A stretch of 64,000 nucleotides of DNA, taken from the NCBI RefSeq assembly GCF_902459465.1, contig NC_047070.1, positions 15,624,001 through 15,688,000 on the forward strand, written 5' to 3'. Below are positions 1-12,385 of this stretch, piece by piece. Source of the stretch: Asterias rubens. Lineage: Eukaryota. Position numbers and translations under genes: made by a program. The notes beneath the pieces are model-generated. The model saw only the letters and a program-made list of their open reading frames with translations. It was not told the origin of the DNA and did not search any database. Each line of letters starts with the position of its first letter. Position 1 is the first letter of the stretch.

Positions 1-196
1 GATGAAACGTAACATCGATAACCTGTTTTCATACTTTAATAATTCAGTCGCATGCCGACCAGTTGTGTAAGTGTGTTAATTGTTTGAACTGTGTTTCTGG
101 CAGTGGCTGCCGAGTGCGACAGATCACCATGTAAACCCTTGATGTGCTACATAAATCGGTTTCATAAACCATAAACAATTTCTAAACCTGTCTTAA

Positions 197-605
197 AGAC
201 ATTGGACACTATTGGTAATTGTGAAAGACCAGTCTTCTCACTAGGTGTATCTCCACGTATGCATGAAATAACAAACCTGTGGAAATTTGAGCTCAATTGG
301 TCGTCAAAGTTGCGAGATAATGAAAGAAAATCACCCTTGTCACATAATGAAAGAAAATCACCCTTGTCACACGGAGTTGTGTGCTTTCAGACGCTTGATT
401 TCGATACCTCAAATTCTAAATCTGAGGTCTCGAAATCAAATACGTGGAAAATTATTTCTTTCTCGAAGTAGACTACGTTACTTCATGACAGAGTGAGCTA
501 TTTCTCACATTGTTTTATACCATCAAAAGCTCCCCGTTACTCGTTACCAGCTAAGTTTTTATACCAATAATTATTTTAAGAAATTACCAACAGTGTCCAC
601 TGCCT
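197..605 (-). mobile_element. MITE family A (TTAA-flanked, Kolobok-like), full copy with internal 27-bp tandem duplication
   Basis: TTAA at 193-196 and 606-609; TIRs AG(A/G)CA.TGGACACT.TTGGTAATT; duplication at 317-343/344-370. Strand is an arbitrary orientation label for the family. Confidence 0.85.
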
Positions 606-1159
606 TTAAAAATTGTCTCTCTTTGTTCGAGTACCTTGGGCCTCTTATTACCCTCTCACAACAAGGTAAAATACCAAAGCTTTAACAATTTATTGAATCG
701 TTCTTATTATATTTACCCTATTACATCAATTCGGAGAAAGGTCTCAATATGTAGTGTATTTAATCTCAAATATCCCGGGTCCAGTGGAGCTTGACCCATT
801 CTTGGGTCAGATATGTCCAAGATTCTGTGTTACAAAGTGACCCATAAATGGATCAACATTTATTGGATTCGGTTAATAACATTTTTTTACTAGAAGTTTG
901 TTTACGATTCGGCCTAATGACCCATATTCTGGCTCAATTCAAACCCGGCAGTTTTAAGAGTGTACAATAAAAAACAATCCACCTGCTAAACCAAATGACG
1001 TATCGTTAAACTTCCATGATTTGATCAAAACACAAATGCCAGACATATCGCAATTAGCAGACAATGCTTTATGACTTCATAACTCATCGATTTCCCCATT
1101 AATAACCTGTTTTTACAACTTGTTCTAACACAAAATTTGGAAACTATGATTGATAAGAA

Positions 1160-1920
1160 ATGTTGGTTTGAAATGTGTCTTTGTTCAATTCATGACCAGG
1201 CGCCAGGGAAATGCCCAAACAATTTATTTAAAAAGCTCCTGGTTTTCATTTTTATCTAGTACAAGAAACTAGTAAATTGGCATTACACTTCAAGTGAGAA
1301 CAATAGATTTAGTTATTTTTATTTATATTTTAATTGCTCTCATACATGACCATTACTCTATAATTGTTTATAAACTTCATGTCAGTGATACAACGACAGT
1401 AAATAATGTTTTGCTGAAGGCAGATGTAGGCTAATGAGCTGGATCATTGTATTTCTCACTTTACAACCTGTGTTTACCACAATGGAAACAAGTTGTTGAT
1501 TTGAAATGTGTATGTGTTCAAGCTATTACAGGCGCCAGGGAAATTCACAAATAATTAGTTATGAAAACTCCGGGTTTTCATTTTTACTTAGTTGACCCAC
1601 ATGAAACTAATAAATTGGGATCATTCTTCATGGGAGAACAATTGAATGAGTTATTTTATCTATATTTTAATTGCTCTCAACATGATCATTACGAGAACTA
1701 GAAGTAACTATTATAGTAAACTTGCGGATACAGCCATGTATATAATGTCTCTTTTGGAGGAGTGTTGGCTCTGAAAAGAGCCAGTGTGGTCTCGACGTTT
1801 CGAACAGTATACTCTGCTCGTCTTCAAGAGAAACTTCAGGACCATTCACAATTCAGCGATACAACGAAAGTAAATAATGTTTTGCTCAAAGCAAATGTGG
1901 GCCAAATGAGCAGGTTCGGA
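1160..1920 (+). repeat. Old diverged tandem duplication (two units)
   Basis: 1160-1443 aligns with 1494-1920 (e.g. CAGGCGCCAGGGAAAT, TATATTTTAATTGCTCTCA, GATACAACGA.AGTAAATAATGTTTTGCT); the second unit has an extra segment of about 100+ bp. Confidence 0.8.
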
Positions 1921-4900
1921 TTTATTCATTGCGGTTTGATACATTTGTTGTTAAAACCTTTGTTTATATTGATGTTTGTCTATTGCGATTTCGGGCTGCA
2001 TAGCCACAGAGCCAAATGTATATACTCATATTTGTCGACGAGTTTTCGTGTATCCCTACATTAGAAAATGAGCGTTCACTCATGCTTTGAATGGTGTCCC
2101 TGGTTTTCTGTCTGAAAAAATCATAACCCAATAATTAATTTATACAGTGCCACACTGATGATGAATAATGCAGGTCTATGTAAACCTGTTCTCAATTAGA
2201 ATCTGACACCTGTATATGTAATCACTGAGATAAATGAGTGAAGATTCTACTTTGGTGATCGAATGTACACATTGTGAGTCTTCAGTCGTTTGTACAAGTC
2301 AAAACACCTCCTTACTTTCCTTTCCTGTATGGAACCGAAGAGCAAGAAACGCTGTCTTGTTGCCGCGAATGTTTTCATTTGAATTATGTTAATTCCAAAC
2401 GGGGGCGTTATGGCATTTCTTCTTCTTCATTTTTTTCTGCTTGACTTGTGCTTCTTTCCTTACTGATGAAAATCCCTCCCAGATTCCGAATGCAGTCTCA
2501 CAGTTATCAGAATTTGACTTGAGCAGTGTCCTCTGTGGCTGTTGCTAAGGATGTTACTGTTGGCATACTACACATCATTGCATGTAAAAGCCGTAGCCAC
2601 AGGACTCAGGACTGAACCGAAAATATTCGACATTTGTTTTCTATTCAATAACATAGCAAAATTACAAAATCACCAAATTATATATAATCAAGTGTGCACA
2701 ATATTTACAATTTTACTCTTGTCCTCATAATAGGGTGAATGAGGTGTTTTTTAATATTGAACATTATTTGAATGTGATCGACTTTGAGGGAAGAATGTTA
2801 ACGTAACTGACAGGTTCCGAGCTTATCCGGAAATATTCCATCATGAAAATCTGTACCAAATTTCCCTGTCAGCAAAAGTCCACATAGTACTTAACTAAAC
2901 GCGTAGTTAATCTTGTCTGACACAGTGTCGCAGCTGATTCGCAATATCAGGCATCTTCCTCCAGTCAAAGCTTTGTCTCTCGAAACTCCTCCAGCCAACT
3001 TGGTATTTTATCTTTGGATTCGTGACAATCTAGTTCCTTGACAGCTCGGTGATTAAAGGACAGGCTGTATTATTACCGTGCAGCCCTCCTGAACACAAAA
3101 TCGATGCAATAATGTCACTCATGACAAGTTCATTTTCAAGTCCGTTGTTATAGCTATTAAAAGAGGTTTTCTCTACTTATTTTGAAAAACAATATTATCA
3201 CGAGGGAACGTTTTTAAACTTAATGATTTGGAAAAAACTTAGGCATATTATGTGTAGGTGGCATCGTAAACACTGAATTGCATCTCATGCTGCAACTCCA
3301 CCATGCTAAATTCATTTGCAACTGCGTTGGACAAGTTTCTGTAAGGGTTTTTCAGCTGTTTGTTTGAGAAAAAAACACATTATGGAAACGATGGGAACAT
3401 TATGAAACCATTCGGTAACTGATTTGAAAATAATGTGTTTTTGTTGGCATCGAAAATTCTGAAATCTCTCTCATGTTGCAACTCTGCATTTATCCTTAGT
3501 ACGTTTCCTACAACCTAGTTCGTTTAAATTTAGGAGGAGGTGAAATTGAAGCTTTCTTAAATTCTTAATGGAAATCATTCCGTCCTTCTTAAAAAAAACA
3601 TTAAAAAAGTTTACTGACAATTAATTTTGTCCCTATAGGCTGTTACTGTACAATATTTGTTTTTTATTAGTCTGGGTTTTAAAAGGATACAGCCTCTTAA
3701 ACCGAAACCAAGCTCTTTTATCAAGCTGTTGCCTTCATGTTTGAATGTCTTATACCTCATCCATTCAAAACATGAATGAGATGGGAAAGCAAACCATTAC
3801 TTTAATCTCCTGCATACTGTGTCTAGTCTTCTAAACTCTTGAAGATATCACGATGCTTGCAAGGGAACTGCTGTACCTTTAAATGGTTCTTATTATTGTA
3901 CATTGTAGTACTGTCTCCTGTACCTAGTGATATCATCAATATATGACATCTTAGAAGAATTAGATGGAGTCACACAATGGCACGAGCTCTCTGTGGTTGC
4001 CAAGATCCTTCGGGGTATTTTCCCTCCACAACCCCCGGTCTGGCTCAATGATGGCAAGAGAGAGAGGGGGGGGGGGCGGTCTGGTGGGAAATTATGTAGT
4101 CATCGACCTCGTGAATTGTTCACAATGTGATTCTAGAAAGTGGTAACAACACTGAAATAAATCCATAGATTGATATAAAAATGAGGACTGTGGCCGAGTA
4201 TTTTACTGTAGTTTTTGATACAATTCGATTATGTCACCAAATCATTATCTCGACTGTATGCAAATATATGATCATTTACAAATATATGAATATACAAACA
4301 GAAACATGGGAACAATTTTAATAAAGAGTACATAGTATTACCCCTATTTTTAACAGGCATTAGTCCTCATTACTCATATAAAAAAAATACCACAAGAGGG
4401 CGGTGTTTCTGTTTACAAGGAGCGCACTATACGAATAAGCTTCTCCTATCCATTGCTTAATGCCAAACACATTATTTTATGATTGATAAGTCTCTTTGCC
4501 TCTTGAAAACAAACCATATACTTTCTGACAATTAACTCCGTTTTTCTTTTCCAATTGTTATCCGCTTCCTTGAGCTAGGCCATCCAAATTAAAGACACAC
4601 TGAACAAGTAAACTTGTCCCACAAACATAACTGCACACTTTTCAGCAAAATATGGTAATTTTTCGAGGGACGGTGTACCTAAAACACTCTAGTTTGACAG
4701 TCAACCACCCCAGGGCACAATTTGGGACAATGTTTTGACAATACATAAAAGCAATGACATCTAAATCGTCGATTTACACTCTAAAGTTTGCGTTTCTCTG
4801 TACAGTTTTGTGCACCCCATGGCCAGCTCTACTCGCGAACATTTTGTTCGAACAATATTATGTTTTAGATACGTTAAATTTCCTCAATTTGCAATTGGTA

Positions 4901-5347
4901 CCTTTTTTATTTATATATTACCAAAACAAATGGATCCCTACAAGAGGCCTACAAATATCACTTTAAACATATTCATATACCTTATCGCAAATACCAATGC
5001 GCAAGCGCAGACTGTTGAATGAGGTGCATTGTGGGATAGATATGGATCAAGTTTGGACACCAGCTAGACCACAATGCACCAATTTCAAGCTTTACGCGCG
5101 CGCCCCAGTATTTGCGAAAAGGTCTAATACTCCGCCACTACTATTTAATTTTAATAACATTATTGAGACAGACGAGCGTAAAGATGTACCCCCTCTGTTG
5201 TTTAAGATACTGGATGATGACCCTTCCCGTGACTCTAGCCTGCCAACAAAGAAGTAACCTAACCCTATCAAAGCATTCATCAAACGTTAAGACAACAAAC
5301 ACTATTATTTGAGTCGGCGGGGGGAAATATTGTACATTGTTTCAAAA

Positions 5348-5550
5348 ACAAATCGCTAAATTAATACCTGTTTCGACAAGTTGTTTCGATAGATTATAGG
5401 GATACTTTGAAAATAACAAATCGCTAAATTAATACCTGTTTCGACAAGTTGTTTCGATATATTATAGGGATACTTTGAAAATAACAAATCGCTAAATTAA
5501 TACCTGTTTCGACAAGTTGTTTCGATATATTATAGGGATACTTTGAAAAT
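5348..5550 (+). repeat. 68-bp minisatellite, 3 near-identical units
   Basis: Units start at 5348, 5416 and 5484; one substitution (GATAG vs GATAT). Confidence 0.95.
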
Positions 5551-6101
5551 GTTACTTTTAATTTCACTCACTATGAAAATACCAGAATACGTAAATAGTA
5601 GTCCCCCCCAAAAAAAAAAAAAAAAATTAAATAAAATAATAAAAAAAAATGAAAAGAGGGAGGGACAAAATAGGAGAAAGGGTGGGGTAGTGGCAGTCCA
5701 AAACAAATTGCAGTGAAATTAAATAAATGGTTTGCTTATTTAAACACAGTTTCGAGTACTCGCAATTCCACAGTTTTTAATTTGTATGTATTTGTGTATA
5801 CACGCCGTTACTTGAGTCCAAAGAAGAAAACAAAAACAGAATTGGGAACCCCCCTCCCCGCGAAATTCTTGAGACCCGTGAAATTATTAATATTTAAGCG
5901 CGTTGCGCTATCATGCCTATCATGTACTCATTGAACAGAGATTATTGTAATTATATCTAGCAATCAAAATGACAATTCTCTCTGTAAAAGAGTTCAGTGG
6001 CTCTATCGATGTGTCTGTGACTCGTCGGGGATCATTAGGTTCCCATGTTTCATTTTACTTGATGTACACCTCTTGTTTCAATCTGTCTGTCTCTGTCTTA
6101 A

Positions 6102-6472
6102 GGCAGTGCACACTATTGGTAATTACTCAAAATAATTATCAGCATAAAACCTCACTTGGTAACGAGTAATGGGCAGAGTTTGATAGTGCAAAACATTGTG
6201 AGAAACAGCTCCCTCTGAAGTGACGTAGTTTTCGAGACAGAAGTAATTTTCCACCAATTTGATTTCGAGACCTCAAGTTTAGAATTTGAGGTCTCGAAAT
6301 CAAGCATCTGAAAGCTTTGTGTGACAAAGGTGTTTTGTTCTTTCAAAGTTATCTCGCAACTCCGACGACCAATCGAACTCAAATATTCACAGGTTTGTTA
6401 TTTGATGCATATGTTGTGATGCACCAAGTGAGAAGACTGGGCTTTGACAAATACAAATAGTGTCCAGTGTCT
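6102..6472 (+). mobile_element. MITE family A, full copy
   Basis: TTAA at 6098-6101 and 6473-6476; TIRs; internal hairpin; homologous to the other copies. Confidence 0.85.
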
Positions 6473-6476
6473 TTAA

Positions 6477-6740
6477 GGGGGAATTTATACGTTTTTGAAA
6501 GTGTCTCTTTATACTACTGGCAGTACACACTTAATGGAAGCCTACAACAGCTTTCGATAGCATACAGCATTTTGAGAAACATCTTACTTCGAAGGATTGT
6601 GGTTATGTAAAATGAAACAAGTTGTTGTGCCCCCAAATTTGAATCTGAGAAGCGTTACTTCAGTAACTTGTCTCAGATTGTGAATTGTTTGGGATCATTC
6701 TTCCTGTGCGGACATTCTGCGATATCTAAAAAAAATACTT
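6477..6740 (+). repeat. Interspersed repeat family B, abutting the family-A TTAA site
   Basis: Homologous to 12200-12385 (same strand) and 35030-35235 (opposite strand). Confidence 0.6.
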
Positions 6741-9548
6741 TTTGAAATGAAATGTTCACATGTTAGTTTTATTGCATATTTCACCTTCTGGATGTAGGAT
6801 TAAAAGTAATCGATCTTTTAAAAAAAGTATACTAACCTTTGCCTTTAAGCATGGATGCAGGAGATTAGCATTGTAATCTACTGTCGATGTTTGACGTTTT
6901 GGCTGATTTCTTAATGAGTCTCTTGTGAATGAGATCTTCTGGTCACAAAGACGTCCTACTTCTAACATTTTACTCTCCACCTTAAAGATTTCATTATTTC
7001 AGATGAAAGTCTTTCATTTCCTTGCAAGGGTCACATTAAAGTGGCAATGAGCAACCAGTTCCAGGCATTGTAAAAGAATAAAAGCCTCACATTTCAATAT
7101 TCACATTTTTCTTGAGCTCTGGAATTCTTATTTTTGAAAATCGACTCATGCACAACCAAAGTGTTCCCTGTGCATGTGTTGGTTGCCTCCAAGTTGCCCG
7201 TAAAAGTTGCCTATAACAAGGCCCTTAAGCGGCACGATTCACATGTTTTGTTGTGTTTTCTTTTAGTTTAGACCACCCAGAATCAGGTGAGAAAAAACTC
7301 CCCTCTAAAACCCATCTCCTTTGGTTCGACATTATAGAATGACTTATCATTATTCATCAAGATGTGGACCATTGGTTCGTCCGATGAGGTGGAAATGAGG
7401 CCTCCACGTATGATCTCATTAGTTGTTCTTATAAAGGTCAGTGCGCAACATTGTACTTGTTAATTAGACCTTATATGGAGTATGTTTTCTTCAACGAATC
7501 ACGAACTCCAACAGCGCCCTCTTTGGCGTTTCTCACCGAAATTATTTACAAGCCAGGGAAGGGGGTCGCTTAATCGTTTTTTCCTGGGTTGTGAACTCGT
7601 TAAAGATTCCCGTTTCAGTTCAATTCACTTTATTTCCAAATCCAAACAAATAAACAAAACAATTAGTAGTGAATAAAGAACTATATTTTACAAGCAAATG
7701 GAATAATGATAACACATGAAGTAATACTATAATACTACATTTACAAGCAAAGGCAAAATATAAATTACGGAAAACAAAGCAAAAAAAAACCATACAGAGC
7801 ACAAGTTGTTTGGAGTTAAATGGGCCCATAAAAAGCAAAGCTTGTCGAGTATGGACCCCCTTAAAGGTTCAAACCTTCTGGTCAAAATCAAGAAGAACCG
7901 TCAAGGTTTGCTAGTTATTCAGTACAAATGTAGAGTTTCATTCATTCGTTCAGTGCGCGTATTTCATGCTTTTAAAGGCTCGACAACTATGTTTGTGACG
8001 AGAGAAGGAGGTCATAATGAACCCGTGTGTATCTTTATTCTATTAACACTACTTGGTCATTTGGAAATACTTCCATATTTGCAAACAAACCTGATAACGT
8101 TTACAAAGGTACTCCTTCAAGAACGTCACATGGGTCCAGGGATAAAAGGAGAGCAATTGTGACAATCTCCTTATGGAAACGGAAATGAGTGGGACCTGGG
8201 AAAGGGCGTGGGTGTTGTACGTGTGGGCAGAGTGCGGAGAACGAGGGAGGAATTCGGGGAACCTCAAAAACAAAGGTGGGTTATATCTGCAAATGGGGTC
8301 TACAGGTTTTGACACAATATTATTGAGTAGTAGTTGTGATGCACAGTGGGTGTGTGATTATCAAGGGAACGTTGCTGTTTGTTACTCGACTTAAATATAC
8401 ACGAATATTGTGGTTAAAGTTATAACGTGTGAAAATAGCACCAAAAATAACAATTACAATAACAATTTACACGCGGAAGCTGTATAGAATCGGGAGATAA
8501 CATCGAAAGCAAACAAAACCACACTGTCGACATTTTCAAAGACTGGTAATATTTTAAAAGATGAAAGCCAGACCTTGGAGATTCAAGCGATGGAGTCATA
8601 AACAAAGAGTCCATCCGACAAAAAGAAACCGCTCACGTCTGATGTCACCCATGAGAACCAATTAAAATATTAATTAGTTAAATTACGTCTCTCGTAGCAC
8701 CAATGGCAATGAAACAACAACAGACAAGCAAACACAAGGGACTTAATTAATTTACATGTCGCAGACATCGCAGACACAAAAATATCTCCAACTCCAACCG
8801 AGGCTAACTTAACGAATTAAAGGGCAAGGTATATGTTTGGTAATCACTCTTAAGATTAATGACAATCTTTAAAAACAAAATGGCTAGAAGCCTTCATCAG
8901 CTTTCCGTAGTATAAAACATTTTGAGAATTATTTGTGTTTAATGGAGTTTTTGGAAAAATATTCTGAGAAGCGTATATCGCGGTCACACTTCTCGGATTG
9001 TGCTGTCCTATTATGAAATATTCATCATAAAAATAAATCAAATCAAGTTATATCTAATGCAAGAGTAAGAAGTCATCTACAATTTAGGCCACTGAAAGTC
9101 CTACCATTATTACAGGAAATCATACCAGGTAGGCCGATAGTCTAGTTCATGTAAATAGTAATAATAGTAATAAAATCTCCTTTTACACCGTTGATAGTAG
9201 ACTGTCTAAAGAAAGTAACAGATGGGCCTGCTAAATGTAACATTCATAGCCTTATTTGAGTTGTGCATTACTTGTAGGATACTAGTTTGACAAGCTGCAA
9301 TTATGTTTAAGAGCTAGCTTATAAATGATAAATCAAAGCTTATAACTGATAATTCGAATCTCAAATGAGTAACTAAGTAAACTCATGCTAACCAATTTGT
9401 ATAATCATTAATTTTAAACAGATCATATTGTTTATATGGACATAAAACGAAAACAACGTTTTCTTTTCAACTGATGTCTGTTGTCCTATAGCGAAAAATA
9501 ATCCAAAATTACCATTGCAACTGTCGCATATCAATTGTCCTGCTTTAG

Positions 9549-9575
9549 TTTGATTTGATTTGATTTGATTTGATT
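9549..9575. repeat. (TTTGA)n microsatellite
   Basis: About 5 units. Confidence 0.9.
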
Positions 9576-9894
9576 AAGTTGACATCAATTCGCTATAAGA
9601 GAAGATGAGGAAATGTAATATTTTGTTTTTAAAGTAAAAGCTGAAATATCATCGGGTCATTTAGGGCTTGCCCTAGATGAGGAAGGATGCGTCATATTTG
9701 GTTTATTATGATGGATCAGCTATCCATTGTAAACTATTAATCAAATCCCCAAGATCAGGAACTTCAATCAGCTGTAAAAGTCAGAACATAATGAAGGGCT
9801 TTTTCAAGTCAAGATGCCCCGGCAAAACGCAGTTGTATACCTCTCTATAAGGTGTGTGGGAACATGAGTTGTGGTGATTCAGGCCTTGGTTTAA

Positions 9895-9940
9895 CAACTC
9901 GGCGTTTCGATCAGTACGCTATGATTGTCTTCATAAGAGT
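9895..9940 (-). mobile_element. Penelope-like element remnant with degenerate minimal hammerhead-like motif (type 1)
   Basis: Minus strand: ACTC TTATGAAGA C AATCAT AGCGTA CTGATC GAAAC GCC GAGT; homologous to 40994-41036. Confidence 0.5.
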
Positions 9941-11209
9941 GTCGTCTTATCCCAGAACCTAAATAGATTGTGTTTAAAAAAAACTGAAGTATTCCTAAAA
10001 ACTCATCTGCTCCTTAGGAGTAAGCAGGTTGTTGATCATTTACATCAGTGGTCTCTACCCTTGAAGGTACCCATTTACCCATGGTCCATTTGAAGCAATT
10101 GTTGTTAAGTGTCTTGTCTCCCTCAAGGAAATGGTGTATCGTGACTGGAACTTACACCTCGGTGACTTAGCCACCAGAACTTGAGTACTTTCCAAATAAG
10201 TGCACTCACGAAATGATTCAGTTTCGGGGCTCAGGTGGAGGGGTTTGGGGCTGCTCAATTACTGGGTTAGTGTGACAGCAATCTGTGTGTGAACACGACC
10301 CCAAAAATATGTCAAACTAACGCAGAGTTTTTTTTATCTGGATCCAATGTTTTACCTACTTTTTTTGTCAGCCTGGCCAGTTTCTGTTTAAGCACGAAAA
10401 CAGGAGCATTTTCTAAGTCGCGGCTTGCTCTGGTTCCAGGGCTTAGGTTTTGTCATCAATGTTTGAATAGTGTACATTTTGCACGCTGTTTCCGACATGA
10501 AACAAAGCCTGGAGCGGGAGCATAAGCTTAATCCATAGTTTGGAAAAGGCCCAGGGGCAGGAACAGAAAAATAGCATAGCCACATACTATAGTGTTACGA
10601 TAATAAGCGTTCATTAATTCTAATACAAACCGTGGAATAAAACAAGAAAACCAACAGCAAAATCTGAATACGAAATTGTCTAACTAAGAACGTGCTATTC
10701 TACAAAACACGAGTACATACGCGATGGAACGATAATAACTTGTCCAAACAAAATTTGAAAATAAATCAATACCGGCATCGGCACGTTGTGAGTGTTGATG
10801 TTGTTTTCTGTGCCACTTCACGCTTATATTGAGCGCGGAGGTGACAGATTCCAGTCACAATAATACCTAAAAACAACTAGATCTAGGAAAATTGGTTGAA
10901 GACTTCTGAATAACTGATTATCGACCAGAAGCGACGAATATTACTAAGCCCATCTTGTGTCATCTTATCTATCATCATGCTGATGAAAGATGGGGTTGAT
11001 CTTTTGAGAGAGAGACACTCAATTTCCGGTGAGGTTCGACACACCAGGGTCACACAAACATGGAGATGGTCTTATACGCTCATCTAATTCTACCTCCCAT
11101 GGATAGATGGTGCTTTACATTGGTATATCAGCCAAACTTTATTATCTCTGTATGTTTCCTCCCCTGGGTCTTGAAGTCATATGACTACTATTTGTGTATC
11201 TATTTGTTG

Positions 11210-11372
11210 CCCTTTTCGAATCCACGGCTTCGGCTTTGGTTTCGGCTTCAGGCTACGCTCTCTCGTCTGAAGCCCTGAGCGCATTCGCAAAGCACGCGCG
11301 ATTGTCAAAACAACCGCGGGGCCAAGCTAGCCTGAGCCGAATCTGGAGCCGAAGCCGTGGATTCGAAAAGGG
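11210..11372. mobile_element. Small MITE with long TIRs (PIF/Harbinger-like, tentative)
   Basis: 26-bp perfect TIR CCCTTTTCGAATCCACGGCTTCGGCT, extending imperfectly to about 55 bp. Confidence 0.75.
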
Positions 11373-11422
11373 TCTATGACATTCGACACACATACGCACA
11401 CACACCCCTGTGTTTATGGGGT

Positions 11423-11577
11423 AAACCGAGGACTTCTCTTTGTTCTCCCATTGTTTGGACATAGTTTATTTTTCAGACGTCCCCATTGGTTTTGTACATG
11501 AAATCGAATCGAGGACGTCCTCGGTGTGACTTTTCCCCGGATCCCATTTGTTATAACCTTCTCCAAGTCCTCGGTTT
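11423..11577. repeat. Foldback element with 13-bp inverted ends and central 14-bp palindrome
   Basis: AAACCGAGGACTT (11423) / AAGTCCTCGGTTT (11565); CGAGGACGTCCTCG at 11510-11523. Confidence 0.6.
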
Positions 11578-12199
11578 GAATGCGTAGACATGCCCACACT
11601 ACCCGTCAAAGCCCTATCCGCCATTTTGTTTGTTATTATCATCATTTGGCATAGACTTGCGTCCGTGGCCGCCTCATCCTCAGATTGTAATGGGGCGCAT
11701 TTCTTGAGTCGCCACCATCACCTGTGCTCTTTCTGTGGTCGCTATTCTCAGCTTGCGCACACTTCAGAATCTCTACTCAAAGGGCAACCAAACGATTTAA
11801 AAAATAACGTACAATCCAAAAACTGGTTGATATTTACGTCAATTATGTCATAATATATAGGCTTTTGGTGGTTGCTCCCTATTGACATTATGTGTGTTAA
11901 TTGACAATTAATTTGTTTGTGTGGGTGAATCAGGGCCTATGCTTGTGGGGATGTGTGGGTGTACTTTCCCTTTGTCTGAAAATAGTATCGTTATTTTGGT
12001 CGGTCTTTTGTAATATTATTGTTGATAAGGTGGGCGAGTTTGCCTCTGTCCCCCTCCCCTCTCTGGGAGAAGTCACAATTGTTATAGATGTTATTTTTGA
12101 GTTGGTCAACACCCAAGTGATTTGTGTTTTGCACTTTGTCATGTCCGACAATAATGAAACGTTGAATAAACATTTGTAAGAAACCCACAACAGCTTTTG

Positions 12200-12385
12200 A
12201 TGTCATAAATCATTTTTACGAAACGTTTCACTTTGATATATAAGTTTTATCTCCTGAAGTTTGAAAATGAGAAACGATTCTGTCAGACTCGTTGCTCAGA
12301 TTGTGTGTTCAAATTACGGACGGATTATTCTTCCTGCGTGGACATAGCTGCTGATATTCGGCGATATCTTTAAAACGCGCCACTC
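12200..12385 (+). repeat. Interspersed repeat family B fragment
   Basis: CTCAGATTGTG...ATTCTTCCTG..GGACAT...GCGATATCT shared with 6670-6730. Confidence 0.55.

Noticed and set aside
202-496. Recurrent ORFs such as MSSIGR.SCEI / DFETSNSKSEVSKS (also near 6150, 22035, 35624, 48340)
   Set aside because: All are translations of the non-coding family-A MITE; frames and stops differ between copies.
2900-3170. Long minus-strand frame interrupted by one stop (...SFDWRKMPDIANQLRHC...)
   Set aside because: Unrecognised, contains an internal stop, and lacks convincing splice sites.
4390-4404. CTCF-like motif CCACAAGAGGGCGGT (similar ones near 7512 and 53916)
   Set aside because: Each has a mismatch or indel in the core; cannot be distinguished from chance without ChIP data.
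4997-5257. 86-aa ORF with two PPLLF motifs
   Set aside because: No recognisable family and no splice signals; similar-length ORFs are open in overlapping frames.
5348-5550. CRISPR-like appearance of the 68-bp repeats
   Set aside because: Head-to-tail units have no unique spacers; eukaryotic context with no cas genes.
11590-11853. Signal-peptide-like ORF MPTLPVKALSAILFVIIIIW...
   Set aside because: Starts beside foldback/TE-like sequence; no supporting gene structure.
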